From positions 2,852,001 to 2,916,000 of the forward strand of contig OZ218951.1 of NCBI GenBank assembly GCA_965112735.1: DNA of 64,000 bases. The letters are read 5' to 3'. The notes under the pieces were generated by a model. That model was not told the DNA's origin and did no database searches. It was given only the letters and a program-made list of their open reading frames with translations. Source of the stretch: Phaeosaccion multiseriatum. Its lineage: Eukaryota; Protista; Ochrophyta, other classes. Position numbers and translations under genes: made by a program. Shown here piece after piece: positions 10,738 to 23,060 of this stretch. The first letter of the stretch is position 1. Each line of letters opens with the position of its first letter.

Positions 10738-13245
10738 TGTGGTATGTGCGTTGTGTGTTGTACGGCACGACAGTAAGGTGGTGCATGAGCGCCTCTTGCC
10801 CCTTCCCATCGTTAGGAAGGTGCGTCGCATGCCCCCTCGGTGCCTCCCTTTCCTCTTGTACCTATATCTCCGTTCAACGACTTCCTCTTCCATCCCGCCC
10901 GTCTCTCTTTTTCCCCTCGCTTGCATACCTGACGTCCCGAGGGACCCACCCACACACATACACACACTCGCACACACTCACACACACATACAAACACACG
11001 CGCACACACACATACGTACTGACCCACTCACTCACCCACTCACCCACCCACTCACCCACCACCCACCCACGCACGCACCCACCCCACCCCCAGGTAGTAG
11101 CTTTCTGCATGGAGCAGAATCTTTCCCTCATCGCCTTTCACGGCGACGACATCGTGTGCAGTGAGCGAGACAAGGAGACAGATCGAATCATGCTCTACTA
11201 CGAAAACACCCCCATTGAAGTGGGGCCGCTCGATGCGTTTTACAAAGCAGGGGCCGAGGTGAGTGAGAGTGAGTGAGAGCGTTGATTGGGAGCTCAGGTC
11301 AGATCAATTTTGTGCAAGTTCAGTTCAGTTCATTAGACGTTGCACCATTAGCCACACCATTGACCAACCTTTCGACCCTCCGTCTCCCTCCATCTATCCA
11401 TCCATCCATCTATCTGTCTATCGATGCCTCCACTCTCTATCTATCCATCTATCTACCTATCTATCGATCCCTGCATCTATCCATCCATCTATCTATCTAC
11501 CTATCGATCCCTCCATCTATCCATCCATCTATCCATCCATCTATCTGCATCACTGCCTCACTGCATCACTGCCTCCCTCATATATATCTTACTGTCTCAC
11601 TACCTCACTGTATCCATCTATCTGCCTATCGATCCCTCCATCTATCTACCTATCTTTCTACCTATCGATCCCTCCCCAACCCCCACATGTATCTTTCCGC
11701 ACAACTTCGATCCGTAATACTCATGTCGATCCCATCGATGTCGACCCCGGTGGGTAGGTGAGCATTGGGAGCTCCGGCTGGGGCCTCTCATTTGGCGACG
11801 ACTTCGACAGAGAAGCTGTGCACAAGCTCATCGTGCTGGCACCAGAAGAGAAGATCAAGGCAGTACGGGGAGGCGTGGAGGAGACCGTCGGGGAGGAGGC
11901 GAGGTGAGTGAGTGAGTGAGTGAGCCTGAGTGAGCGTGAGTGAGTGAGTGAGTGGGTGGGTGAGTGAGTGAGTGAGCGAGTGAGTGAGTGAGCCCGTTGT
12001 GGTGCTGGCTGAGCGTTTACCGATTATCCCCAACCAACTATTGCCCCTCTTGTCCATGGCGTGAAGCGGGAGGGAGCGTTACTTTGGCAGGGGGGGAGGG
12101 GGACTGTGGAGAGCAACGAGCTGAGATGAGGAAGACGGGAGATGGGGGGATGGAAGGTTGCGGGAGGAAAGGGGGAAGGACGAGCCGATCTACCTGCCAA
12201 CCTACCTGCGTATCTGCCTGCCTGCCCATATGCCTGACTGTGTTGTCCTTTTCTACATGCTCGCTTGTGCTGGACGGGACCAGTCTCACGCAGGCTTTGG
12301 GAGATATGCTTGAGGTGCTCCCCCGGGGGGGCTCAAAGGCTCAGGGCGTAAAGGCCGTGCTCAAGGCAGCTGGCCTAACCCGAGGTGAGAGAGAGAGGGG
12401 AAACACACACACACGAACACATACATACCTACAAAAAAGCACACATATCCACACGGAGAGGGAGAGGGAGAAAGAGGGGAGGTTTCTTTGCTGTCTGGCA
12501 CGAAGTCAAGCAGGGCAGTGAGTGCCAGTGCTGTTGGAAACTTGTCGTCGTCAAGAAGTAGTCAGTGACTTCGCCCTCAGTGTGGCCATCTATCCTTCAT
12601 GCTTTTCGTGGATCGAGTCGACACTCTCGCTCTCTGCTCTGATTCCCCCCTTGCCACCCCCTCCTCATCCACTGTCATCCTCTACCACTCCTTGCCATCC
12701 ACTGCCATCCCCTACCACTCCCTGCCTTCCACTGTCATCACTTTGCCACCCCTGCCACCCCCTCCCCCTTAGATGAGGTGATGGCGATGGGAGATGCCGA
12801 GAACGACTTGGAGATGCTCGAGCTCGCAGGGGTGGCGCTAGCCATGGGCAACGCACTGCCCTCCGTCAAGGAGGTGAGGAGGAGGGTAGGGAGGGGAAGG
12901 GGAGGAGGAGGGGAGGGGAGGGAGGGGAGGCGAACGGATACGAGGGGAAAGGAGAGGGCGGAAGGGGAGGGAAGAGGCAGGCGGACAGGCATTCGAGCAG
13001 GTCTGTCTATAAGGGCCTGCTCTCTCCACGCTCTACTCTGCTCTGCTTTGGGCTCCTTTGCTTGGGTGTAGCTAGCTATGCCCCCCCTCCCTGTACCACC
13101 GCTTCACCCGTCCTCATCGTCACCTGCTCGCCCCTCCCTGGCCGCCCCTAATCCACGTCAGATTGCTCAAGTCATCGGTCCTCCCAACACGGAAGAAGGA
13201 GCGGGCTTCGCTCTCTCGCTGCTGATGCGATGTCGAGAGCAATAA
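9766..13245 (+). CDS. Cof-type (HAD subfamily IIB) hydrolase with bipartite plastid-targeting presequence, about 8 exons
   Basis: Signal peptide ending ARA|FVAP plus Ser/Ala-rich transit peptide; motif I ASDIDGTL, ATGKS, LEVLPRGGSKAQGV, motif IV AMGDAENDLEML...AMGNA; junctions canonical and in frame. Confidence 0.88.
11388..11670. repeat. Degenerate (ATCC/ATCT)n microsatellite in an intron
   Basis: Visible tandem tetramers. Confidence 0.85.
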
Positions 13246-14933
13246 AAGGCCTCCATCGGGCAAGACAGAGGGCCTTTCCTTCCTCCCCTCCTCAAACACA
13301 TATTTGAGTAAGGAGTGCCTTCTCTCATATATCAAGAGGGTCATCAATCGCACTGGTCTCTGCGTTGTCCTAGGATGGCTTTCACAACGCCTTGTTCCAC
13401 GCTCATCCTACGCTGCTGCCACTCGGGTCGGTCAAGTCTGTCTGGCCTAGCCGGGTATCAGGTACAGGGGTACCGGCGATGGGGTTGCAGGTTGGGGTAT
13501 ATGTAGTCTATGTTTGGCTTATCGACCCTACGCTTCCTGCTGCCTCCGATGAATTGCTTTGCCTGGTCTCTTCTCCCTTTTCGCTGCTTGCCGTGAGTGT
13601 GCCGCATCCTTTCGGACATTTTGCCAACGAAGGGCAAGTCAGTCTTCATCAAAGCCAGATACTTTGGACATGGTGCTTTCCCTGCATAGGCGGAGAAGAA
13701 GCGTAGGTAGAGCATTCGCCCATCTCTGGGGACAATTAGATCTAGATGAGAGCCCCAGACACATGGACCAAGTGATCAACAGGACCGGCCGAACGGAACG
13801 AAGGGCAGAGCTCATAAACAAACACACTCTGAAAGGAAGCTCGCCCCGCCCTACGGCCGCGTACATATATATCCCATCTCAATCATCCACTCCCGGAGTA
13901 GGAAGTCATTACGTCCGAGGAAGGCCCAGGGAAGGCGCCCTTCCGCCTGCTAGGAGCTGCATGGTCGACCTTCGCCTCCTTCCTTCCTTCCTTCCTTCCT
14001 CTGCTCTCTCGCCAGGGGTCGGGGTCCCATGACACACCACGTACGCTGAGTCTGTGTGGTAGGTAGACAGGAGGCGGATAGTTCCCCCCCCCTCCCCTCC
14101 CCTGCCTCTGTCGGCCCCCAACAGCGGTGATGATGAAGGGCACACACTCCATACCTAGGCAACCCGTATCCCAAAGGAGTTGCGTGCGAAGTTGCGTAGT
14201 CTGAGCAGCAGCAGTGGATTGATTGCAGCAAGACCCGTCAACGAGTCAAGCTAACCGTGAACCGCACCGGCCCCGATGGGCGAAAACTGTGGGACTCCGC
14301 CGTGGTACTGCCTCTCCCGTGCGATCGATCGACCCGAGGGCGGGTTTAGTCTCCCCACTCACTCACTCACTCATGCGCCCACATGCCCAGTAAGACGCAC
14401 ATGGCCTACGCTAGCTCTTGCTCTCGCTGGTCGTCGCAAGTAAGCCCGCCGCCTTGTCGAGGAGTGCCTCGCACCATTGATGCGCCGCCCACCCACTCGC
14501 CCAGTTGGTCAGGTTGGAAGGAGGGGCCCTTTAGCGCCCTGTCCACGAAGCAGTGCCTTGCTTCACCCACGCCGAACTCAAAATGCATGGCCCACTTCCC
14601 GCTCCAGAGCGCCAGGCGGCACCTCTATCGCATGACCTCCGCGGTCGTGCCACAGCAGGTAGGGAGGCGAGCACACTCCGTAGTCTCCATGCCTCTCCCT
14701 CTCGCGCACTCTCTCTTCCTCTGAGAGTTGGTTCTCGCGCTCTCTCTCTCCCCTCTGAAAATTGGTCCGCCCCTGTGAGCCAAGCCAAGCGAGTGGCATC
14801 CCACTAACACTCATAAACTAACACCGGCAGGATGCGCGGGATAGATCCGTCGACAGCAAGAAAAGACACCAAAACAGCGACCCGCTCGCCGCCCCGGCCG
14901 CATCCACATTCGCAGCCCCAGCCACATGTGCGT

Positions 14934-17900
14934 TCAGAGCAGCTGCACATCGTCGTCTTCGCCGAACGCCACACCACGGACCGCCCAGGGCGATGCTATA
15001 GAAGCAGCAGCAGCACCACCAGCAGCACCGGCACCACCATCACCAGTAGTAGTAGTAGTAGTTGTCGTAGTAGCAGCAGTAGCAGCAGCAGCAGGAAGAT
15101 ATTCCGACTCAGGAGGAGTATCCTCCCCGACACCTTCCTCGTCGCTGGCCTCGACAGATTCCTGCTCAATGCCTCTACTTTCGGAGGGGCGGAGCCGGGC
15201 ACCGAGCTGTTGCACCTGCCTGTGGCGAGGGAGGTGGAGCGTGGAGACCACCTCAACGCTGGAGGAGCCCTTCCACACCTGGCGCCCCCCCAGACTTCTC
15301 TCATTGGATCCCTTGGCCCCCTCACCCGCCGCCGCCCGTGCTACCCGTGCTTCCCCGTTCCTCTCAGACACGACTGTGCCATCATCGAGGGCACCACTCA
15401 GCCTAGAGCTGCTGCTGTCTCCAGCACCGTCCCCACCGCCCTCACCGCCCCCGCTGTCCCCCCCATCGTCGCCAGCTTTCCTAAGGGGAGCAGCATCTGC
15501 TTCGACAGCAGCAGCCGACGGTCTTCCTGGGGGGTAAAGCTTGGAGAATCCCCTCTCGTAGATGTATGCGTCCTTCGCAATCGTGCACAAGTCTGCACGC
15601 AGGGGAAGAGACAAAGATACAGCAGTACGAGGCAAAGAGCAGTAGTACGCGACAAAGAGCAGTTGTGGGAACAGTAGACAGTGGACATGCGGAGCAGTTG
15701 TGGCAAGTGGCATGACGAGCAGCGATGAGAGAGGTGCCCGAGTGGAGGGACAGCCGGTCTACAAGTAGTAGTAGTCTCACGCGACGACAAAGTCAGATAG
15801 ACGACACCTCACCTACAGTACTGCCACTGCCCAGATCGTTCTCAATTCCAGACGTGATGGCCGCGCACACCACTTCCTTCGCCTCTGCGATGGTCATGTC
15901 TTGCCTGTGTGAAATTAACACCAAGAGAGAGAGAGTGAGTGAGTGAGTGAGTGAGTGAGGGAGTGAGTGAGTGAGGGAGTGAGTGAGTGAGTGAGTGAGT
16001 GAGTGAGGGAGTGAGTGAGTGAGTGAGTGAGTGAGTGAGTGAATGAGTGAGGGAGTGAGTGAGTGAGTGAGTGAATGAGTGAGGGAGTGAGTGAGTGAGT
16101 GAGCGAGTGAGAGAGTGAGTGAGTGAGGGAGTGAGTGAGTGAGTGAGGGAGGGAGTGAGTGAGTGAGTGAGTGAGGGAGTGAGTGAGTGAGTGAGTGAGA
16201 GAGAGAGTGAGTGAGTGAGGGAGTGAGTGAGTGAGTGAGGGAGTGAGGGAGTGAGTGAGTGAGTGAGGGAGAGAGTGAGCGAGTGAGTGAGTGAGTGAGT
16301 GAGTGAGTGAGTGAGGGAGTGAGGAAGTGAGGGAGAGAGTGAGGGAGTGAATGTGTGTATGAGTGAGTGATCGAGTGAGTAAGTGACTAAGTTAGTGAGT
16401 GACCGAGTGAGAGTGAGTAAGTGAGTGAGAGACCGAGTGAGTATGAGTAAGTAAGTGAGTGAGTGATCAAGTGAGAAATCGAGTGAGTTGCGTCCGTCTG
16501 GGCGGACCTGTAAGTCTGCTCTAGAAAGGCCATGGCCGCCAAGCTTCCACTGCCCAGTGCAGCAAAAGCCACCTGTCACAGATCATGAGAACGAACGAGA
16601 GAGAGAAACAGATAAGAGACGCAACCAACGATTGTGTCCTCCTCCTCCAACCCCCGAGGACGAGGGGCACCTCGATCATCACTCACTGTGAAGAAATGCA
16701 TGAATCGCACACTCTCTGTGTCGCCCCATCAATCAATCAGTGCAACTCAATCAATCGACTGCATATGAAGAAGCAAAGGTTACATCATCCCCATTACCTT
16801 GTCGCTGCTGCCATGTTGATGCACTTCGTACAGATGCGGCCCCAGCGCATCCACCCCTCCGAGTACAAAGGTGGCGGAGATGGCACCTCGGTTCTTGAAC
16901 AAGTGACGCTTCATCAGAGCGTGAGCAGTCGACACGCACGTCTGAGTCCGTGCAGAGGTCATGGTCGGTTAGGAGAGGAGAGGAGGAAAGGGGAGGAGAG
17001 GAGAGAGGGGGAGGAGAGAAGAGAGGAGAGGACAGCAGGAGAGGAGAGGAGAGGAGAGAGGGCGAGAGGAGAGAGAGGGGAGAGGAGAGGAGAGCAGAGT
17101 AGAGGAGGTGCAGCAGATACTCGTCAATGAGGGCGATGAAACGCGAGTCCTCCGGCCGATGTCCAGTTCCCAAACAAAAACACACCAAAAGCGAAGTCAA
17201 GTGTGGGAAGAAACAGTGCACATGCCCTACCTCCCTACCCCTCTTTCAACCATTCTCCCAGCGTGCGTCAAGCACACAGACAGTAGCACAAACGGTACCG
17301 CAGAACGCACCTCCGACCATTGCACTGAGGAGAGATCGCACAGGCCTGGGCTGAAAGGTAAGGCGGACTGTGAGGCCCGTGCCCCGCCCTCGAGCTTCCT
17401 CCTGACCGCGGCAGTCACCTGCTCGGCGTCCGCACTCGTACCCGCCCCGCAGCAGGCCATATTGGCCGCCAGCTGGTGCACCTTTTCACAACTGGAAGGG
17501 GGGTGGGGCGGGGAGAGTGGGGTGGGGGGCGATGCAGAGAGGAATTGCAATTTGTTGGAGGGAGCCTTGCTTGCTGGATTAGGAGACAGGCGGACAATGC
17601 GGAGCCAACTCACCATGCCCTCCATCCTTGGGCAACACGCCCTCCCGCTCACAATCCCTCGTCTTACCTCTTGTCGCACACGGTGCTTCCCTCAGTGGCG
17701 CGGGTATCCGCCCCCAGCACCACGGCTCCGTCGCACACCACTCCAACGATAGTGGTGCCCGTCTTACGCAGCAGCTTGGCCTGGTCTGCAGCCAGAAGAG
17801 CATTACTCTGGAGGGTGCTTCCACCGTCTCGACTGCTCTCTGGGCCCAGCCATGTGGAGTAGAAGGAATCAGGCGTCAAAGCGGAAGGTAGAGAGGCAGC

Positions 17901-17945
17901 GACGCCCCCGATCAGCAGCAGCACTGATGCCGCTCCTAACCGCAT
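14934..17945 (-). CDS. PSMB7: 20S proteasome beta2 (PSMB7/Pup1-like) subunit with N-terminal signal peptide and long C-terminal extension, about 6 exons
   Basis: KTG|[78 protein letters not shown]. Confidence 0.85.
15930..16485. repeat. (TGAG)n microsatellite of about 550 bp filling an intron; reads (CTCA)n on the sense strand
   Basis: Visible tandem tetramers. Confidence 0.9.
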
Positions 17946-20581
17946 ACTTTCTTTTTTTTCTCTCTCTGTTTTTCTTCGCCTCTCCTCGCGAGGCCCCCCT
18001 AAGCCAACGAATCACAGAGGCCCCTTGTATGTCAATTAACCCCGATCAATTTTTGTAATTTTTTTTCATCGGGGGCATGTGAGGGAGGAGATGGATACTA
18101 GACGTACGGACTATCCCAGACGAAGCGCTTGCGGGAGCTTGAGGAAAACACAGTGAACTCGGGATTGGGCTGCTGAGAGCGTGCTCGCAGCAGCTTTGTG
18201 GCAAGAATTAGCGGGTGAGCGGCAAAGGTGCGTTTTTCTCCAACCTTGGTTTCGATAGAGAGAGAGGACGGAGGGGGGTATACCCATAGAGATAAGCCGT
18301 GGGCAAGATAGGTTCTCTTCTCCAGGAGTATACGAAACTTTTCATATGCAACGCATGCTCTTCCGCCTCCAGCTCGTTGGCAATTTTGCCCCTGTAACTT
18401 TCCTTCACAGTTGCATGTCTCTGAGACGTGGACGCTGCTCTATTCTACCCATTTTCAGGGCCCATCAGGGCGTCATCTCGTCCGCAGGACACGTCTGATG
18501 ACCCCCGTACCGCCGCTGTCCATGGGCGGAGGGCAAGAGGTCTATCGCAGGTCGTCACCCGAGGTGGCCGAAAAGGTGAGGGCGCACGAGAGGGGGAGAG
18601 GGCGTGAGATGGAAGGCTTCGCCTGGCAGTTACGAGCGGGGCAAGGGGGATCAACATCGCTCATATATAGCCTGGCTTGTGACCAAGTTTTAGCTCCAAA
18701 GTTCATAATCCCATGTGCAAAATCGCATACGTGTACTCCCCTCTCTTTTGCCTTTGAAGGGCCCTTTTTGTGTGGTCATGAGCAGCCGATCCCACGCCCT
18801 GTCAGAGCATCGGTCTTGCTTAAGGGGCGTAATACTAACTCCCCTGCCCCCTGTTATTGCGGGACGTGGGTGGTGGGGCTATCGGGGGGACTTCGACATC
18901 TTCTCCCGAGGTCACTGCACAGCCAGGTGGGGAAATATGAGGGTGGAGAGGAAAGGGAAGGAACCTTGCCGGCAGAGTCAAGGGCGACACAAGGCATGTT
19001 GTGGCATCTAGTGTATGAGTTGTCAGATGTCCAACTTTCAGCTTCAGCGAGCTTAACCAGACATGGGAAATCACCTCGTGTCCACCTCCCTAATTTTGGC
19101 CCCTTCGGTTAGGTCATCACGAGGGTCATTACCGGGGCAGGAGAACGACTGCGGCGACCATCCTGCCTCTCTTCAGGGAGCGAGAAGGTAAGGAGCAAGG
19201 GGTTCACGAGCAGCAGTGGCCAGACGAGCGGGGGGAAGAGAATCAGGCGTCCAGATAGAAGTCAAGCTTATCCGCCTCGTCGTCCACCCCGGGGGACGCC
19301 GTTGCTGCACGATCAGCTGCAGCTCCTCCTGGCTACTGCGGATGAGCGTGCTCGTATTGAAGCCTACCAGCCACGAGTGAGAGAAGCTCAATCAAGCAGC
19401 AGCTGGACGCGCCATCGGCAGCCGAGGCGGCCATGGGAGCTGAGCCGGAGAAAGGGGGAGGGGGTAGCGTGCTGTTCTTGTGGGTGGGTGCTGGTGTTCG
19501 TGGTGGCACATGGTCGAGAAGCGAGAATGACTCAGGGACGACAGGACGATGAGTCGCAAGGCCATATTCAAGTCGCTGACCGCCCTGCAGGCAGAGAAAG
19601 TGGGGTGGAGGCCGTGGGAGGGGGGGTTGGAGCTGCCAGAGGAGGGCTTGGCGGGCTACCGAGACGGATGTCGCAGGTAAGACGGGGCCTCGTGCAGCAT
19701 CTATAGCAGTAGCAGCCGTAGCACCACCGGTATGGGGAGGAGGGGCAGTGTGTGTACAGTTGGAGCTGCCCATGTATTAAATTGGATTGAACAGACGAAA
19801 AATACATACATAGCCTTGTAAACCGCAAACTCGCCAAGGAGAGCATGTGAAGTGTACCGAATCGGCGCATGGTCATGAGCTAGGGAGTACTAACAATCTA
19901 AAACGTAGCCTGCTGATGCTCGGCAACGCTTGTGTCGCTCTCCAGTCACTCCAGTAACTCCAGTACAACATAAACCTTCGAACAGAGAGAAGGGGGAGGT
20001 AGTGGATACACATGATAGAGGATATAAAGCAAGCCAGCCGTACGGGCCTTGGGGGGCGAGAGTAGTAGTGTGTTGCCTGGACGTGGCCTTGCCTGAGGCT
20101 TGGCTTGGGCAGTTGGTTTCGGTCCCAACCTCCGCTGTGAAGAAGGAACGGCGTCTCTCGGGCCGCTTCTCTCTCTTCCTCCCGCATCCTCCTCCGCACT
20201 CCCAACGCGACGTCCGCAGCGGAGTTTGAGTTCAATTTGTGCCTCTACCCGTCCCCCCCGGGTGCTTGGGAAAGGGTTCTCAAGCGAGTGCAGGATGAGA
20301 TCATGAGTGGGAGAGGGCCAGCGTAAAATCAAGATGCGTCGTCTCTTGCGAGTGCTTAAGGGAGAGAGGGAGAGGGTCAGAGAGTGGGGGGGGGGGGTTG
20401 ATCAACGGCCTGGTCTCCTTGCGCTTGATAGTTTGCGGGCTAGGTAGACAAGAGGTGGTAGGTAAGGCGTATGGCATCTCTGTGACTCGGCTCACAGTTG
20501 TCCAAGCTAGAGTCATTGAGGCTTTTTTTCTTTGATAAGTCTACTTCTATAACCCTAACCCCGATAATGTCATACAGTTAA

Positions 20582-20927
20582 GGTCATAGAAATGGGACAT
20601 TATTTTTTCGAAGGGCCGGAATCGAGGTTTCCGACGGTCATTTTTTTTCGTCCTTAGAATTGGAGTTTGAGCTCACTCTCAACTACGTCTCCACGTGTGG
20701 AGGATGCAATCCACTGATGCCTTCGTCGCGTGAGGCGCCGACGAGAATATGACATTAGCCTGTTTTTGCATCGCCCTCAAATGACGACGCGACCAGTGAT
20801 TGCATCATCCGCACGTGGAGGTGTAGTCAAGAATGAGCTCTAATGCTCACTCCAAGGACGCAAAAAAATGACGGTCGGAAACCTCGATTTTGGCCCTTCG
20901 AAAAAATAATGTCCCATTTCTATGACC
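20582..20927. mobile_element. Fold-back/MITE-like element with about 135-bp inverted arms
   Basis: GGTCATAGAAATGGGACATTATTTTTTCGAAGGGCC... is the reverse complement of ...GGCCCTTCGAAAAAATAATGTCCCATTTCTATGACC; pairing continues inward (GAGCTCA..CTCCACGTG..GATGCAATC); flanks are TTAA and ATAA. Confidence 0.8.
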
Positions 20928-21072
20928 ATAAATTTGGGGTTAGGGATAAATTAAAAAAATGAAGTGTTTCTGCTGAATGTGATCAAGAAAACATTTTCGG
21001 GTCTCGGGTAACAGCTTACAGCTGCTCAGCTCTTTGGATATTCTAGAGCTTCAGAGCTTCCTTAGAGCTTGC

Positions 21073-23060
21073 TTAGAGCTTGCTGAGGACGGCCTCAGCG
21101 AAGGACCCGTCGTCCTCCTCAAGGTAAGTCACCTTGTTGTCATCCAGAATGGCGGCGTACCTGAGAAAGAGCAGGGTGATGATGAAGAGGATGGAGGAGG
21201 AGGAGGAGGAGGAGGAGGAGGAGGAGGAGGAGGAGGAGGACGGGGAGGGGGAGGAGGGGGAGGAGGAGAAGGAGGAGGAGGATAATGATGACCAACGCGC
21301 CCACACGGCAAGTCGGGGGAGACGGAACACAACGATGAGGAAGGGGGCGGAGATGAAGAGGAAGAGAGCGTAGCGAACAAGGGCAAGGGTCACGAGGGTA
21401 ACACACAAACGTCGGTCGCCCAGTCAGTCAAAGAGCCTCTTCCTCCTCCTCCTCCTCCTCCTCCTCCTCCTCCTCCTCCTCCTCCTCTTCCTGCTCCCCC
21501 TCCTTCTCCTCCCCCTCCTCCCCACCCGCCCTTCCTCACCTCTTGTTCCTGACGCCCATGCCCTTGTCGAGGAGGTCGAGCTGCAGGCCCATGGCGGCCG
21601 CGAGCTCTCCGCTGCCATCAGCCACCATCGTCACATTCTCGCCGGCCTCCTGGGCCAGTCCCCAGGCCTGGGAGGAGGGGAAGAGAGGGGAAGGATGCGG
21701 AGCATGAGGAGCACAAGAGACGGACGGACGACAAATACTTAAGAGTAAGGCAAGGTAGGAAGGATGGGATGAGATGCGAGATGTATGCGAAGGGAGGCAA
21801 CGCAATTCCTGTTCTTGGACACACGAGACACAAAAACACATTCACATACATACATGCAAACATACACACGTATACACAGACACACTTACACGTACATACA
21901 CATGCACCAAAACGTACACAAGCACTCCCACTCCCACTCCACACACACACATACCTTCATGACGAAGGCGTCGTTGCAGGAGGTGCACGCGATGACATCC
22001 ACGCCCTTGGACTTGAGCTCCGTGGCCTTCTCGATGAAGCCGGGCAGGTGCTTCTCGCTGAAGGAGGGGGAGGGAGGGAGGGGCGAGGGATGGAGAGACA
22101 GAGAGGGGGCGATGAGCAGAAGGAGAGGAGCGGCGCGGCGCCTGGACCGCTAAAAAGGGGCAATTTCCTTAGCACCATCATCATTACAGAGGAGAGTAAG
22201 CAGAGTTCAGCGACTAGCAAGCAAGCAGCGGCAGCAGCAGCGGCAGTACCTGCAAGTAGGGGTGAATGCCCCGGGCACTCCAAAGAGGACGGCCTTCTTG
22301 CCTGTGGTGGGGTAGGGTGCAAAGCCACAGGAGACGACGGAGGAAGAACAGGAGAGTTTAGAGGAAAGAAAGGAGCGCTTTGGGCACTTCTGTACGTCCG
22401 CATAAAGCAGTATTGCTCCTCACTTTGACCCCCTCCATCTCTGCTCGTATACGTGAGTGCACGACATGTCCGTATAAAGCATTGCGCTTCATCCATTCAC
22501 CCAATCGGATGCATCTGTGCGCAACTTAAGTCTGCACTACTGAATGTGACCGACTCCCACTCTGATAACATGCCCACTCTCCTGCGCTACTGTACCTTTG
22601 AAGAGGTCGGTGATAGACTCCTCCTTGACATCGCCGGAGCCGGTGACGTGCTTGACCGTGACGGCGGGGAGGGAGTCACCCGCGGCGAGGGGCTTGGCGG
22701 CGTTGGCGGGGTACTCGAGGCCCATGTTAAGCTTGGATCCGCCTCTGACGAAGCGATGGGAGGAGGAGGGTAAGCAGCAGCAGGAGGAGGAAGAAGAAGG
22801 AGGAGGAGGAGGAGGATGAGGACAGACAGCAGCAGCAGGAGTAGTAGGAGGAGGACCACAGGAACAGCAGCAGGAGGACGGAGGGTGGGAGGGTGAGAAC
22901 ACGCCGTTGTTCCCCGCATTGTCGCGTGCCACCTCAGAGGATCCTCCTGTTCTTCCGGGTTTCCCACGTACCGAACGGCGAAGAGAGCGGCGGGCTGCAC
23001 GAAAGCGAGCGACGAGCTGGCGATGGCGGCGAGGACAGTGACAATGAGGAAGGAACGCAT
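21073..23060 (-). CDS. Type II peroxiredoxin (PRX5/PrxII family), plastid presequence, C-terminal SKL, 6 exons
   Basis: [54 protein letters not shown]; signal peptide SSSLA|FVQP. Confidence 0.92.

Noticed and set aside
11259-11757. Suspected non-canonical junction in the HAD gene
   Set aside because: On re-reading, GAG|gt...tag|GTG is a normal phase-0 intron
13458-13460. In-frame TGA as selenocysteine
   Set aside because: No recognisable selenoprotein family or SECIS; frame itself unverified
14150-14360. Possible RNase P/MRP or other structured RNA
   Set aside because: Could not find the paired P4 signature or any snRNA/SRP consensus
20549-20562. TAACCCTAACCC as a telomerase RNA template
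   Set aside because: Directly abuts a MITE-like element and has an inverted partner; no promoter or structural support visible
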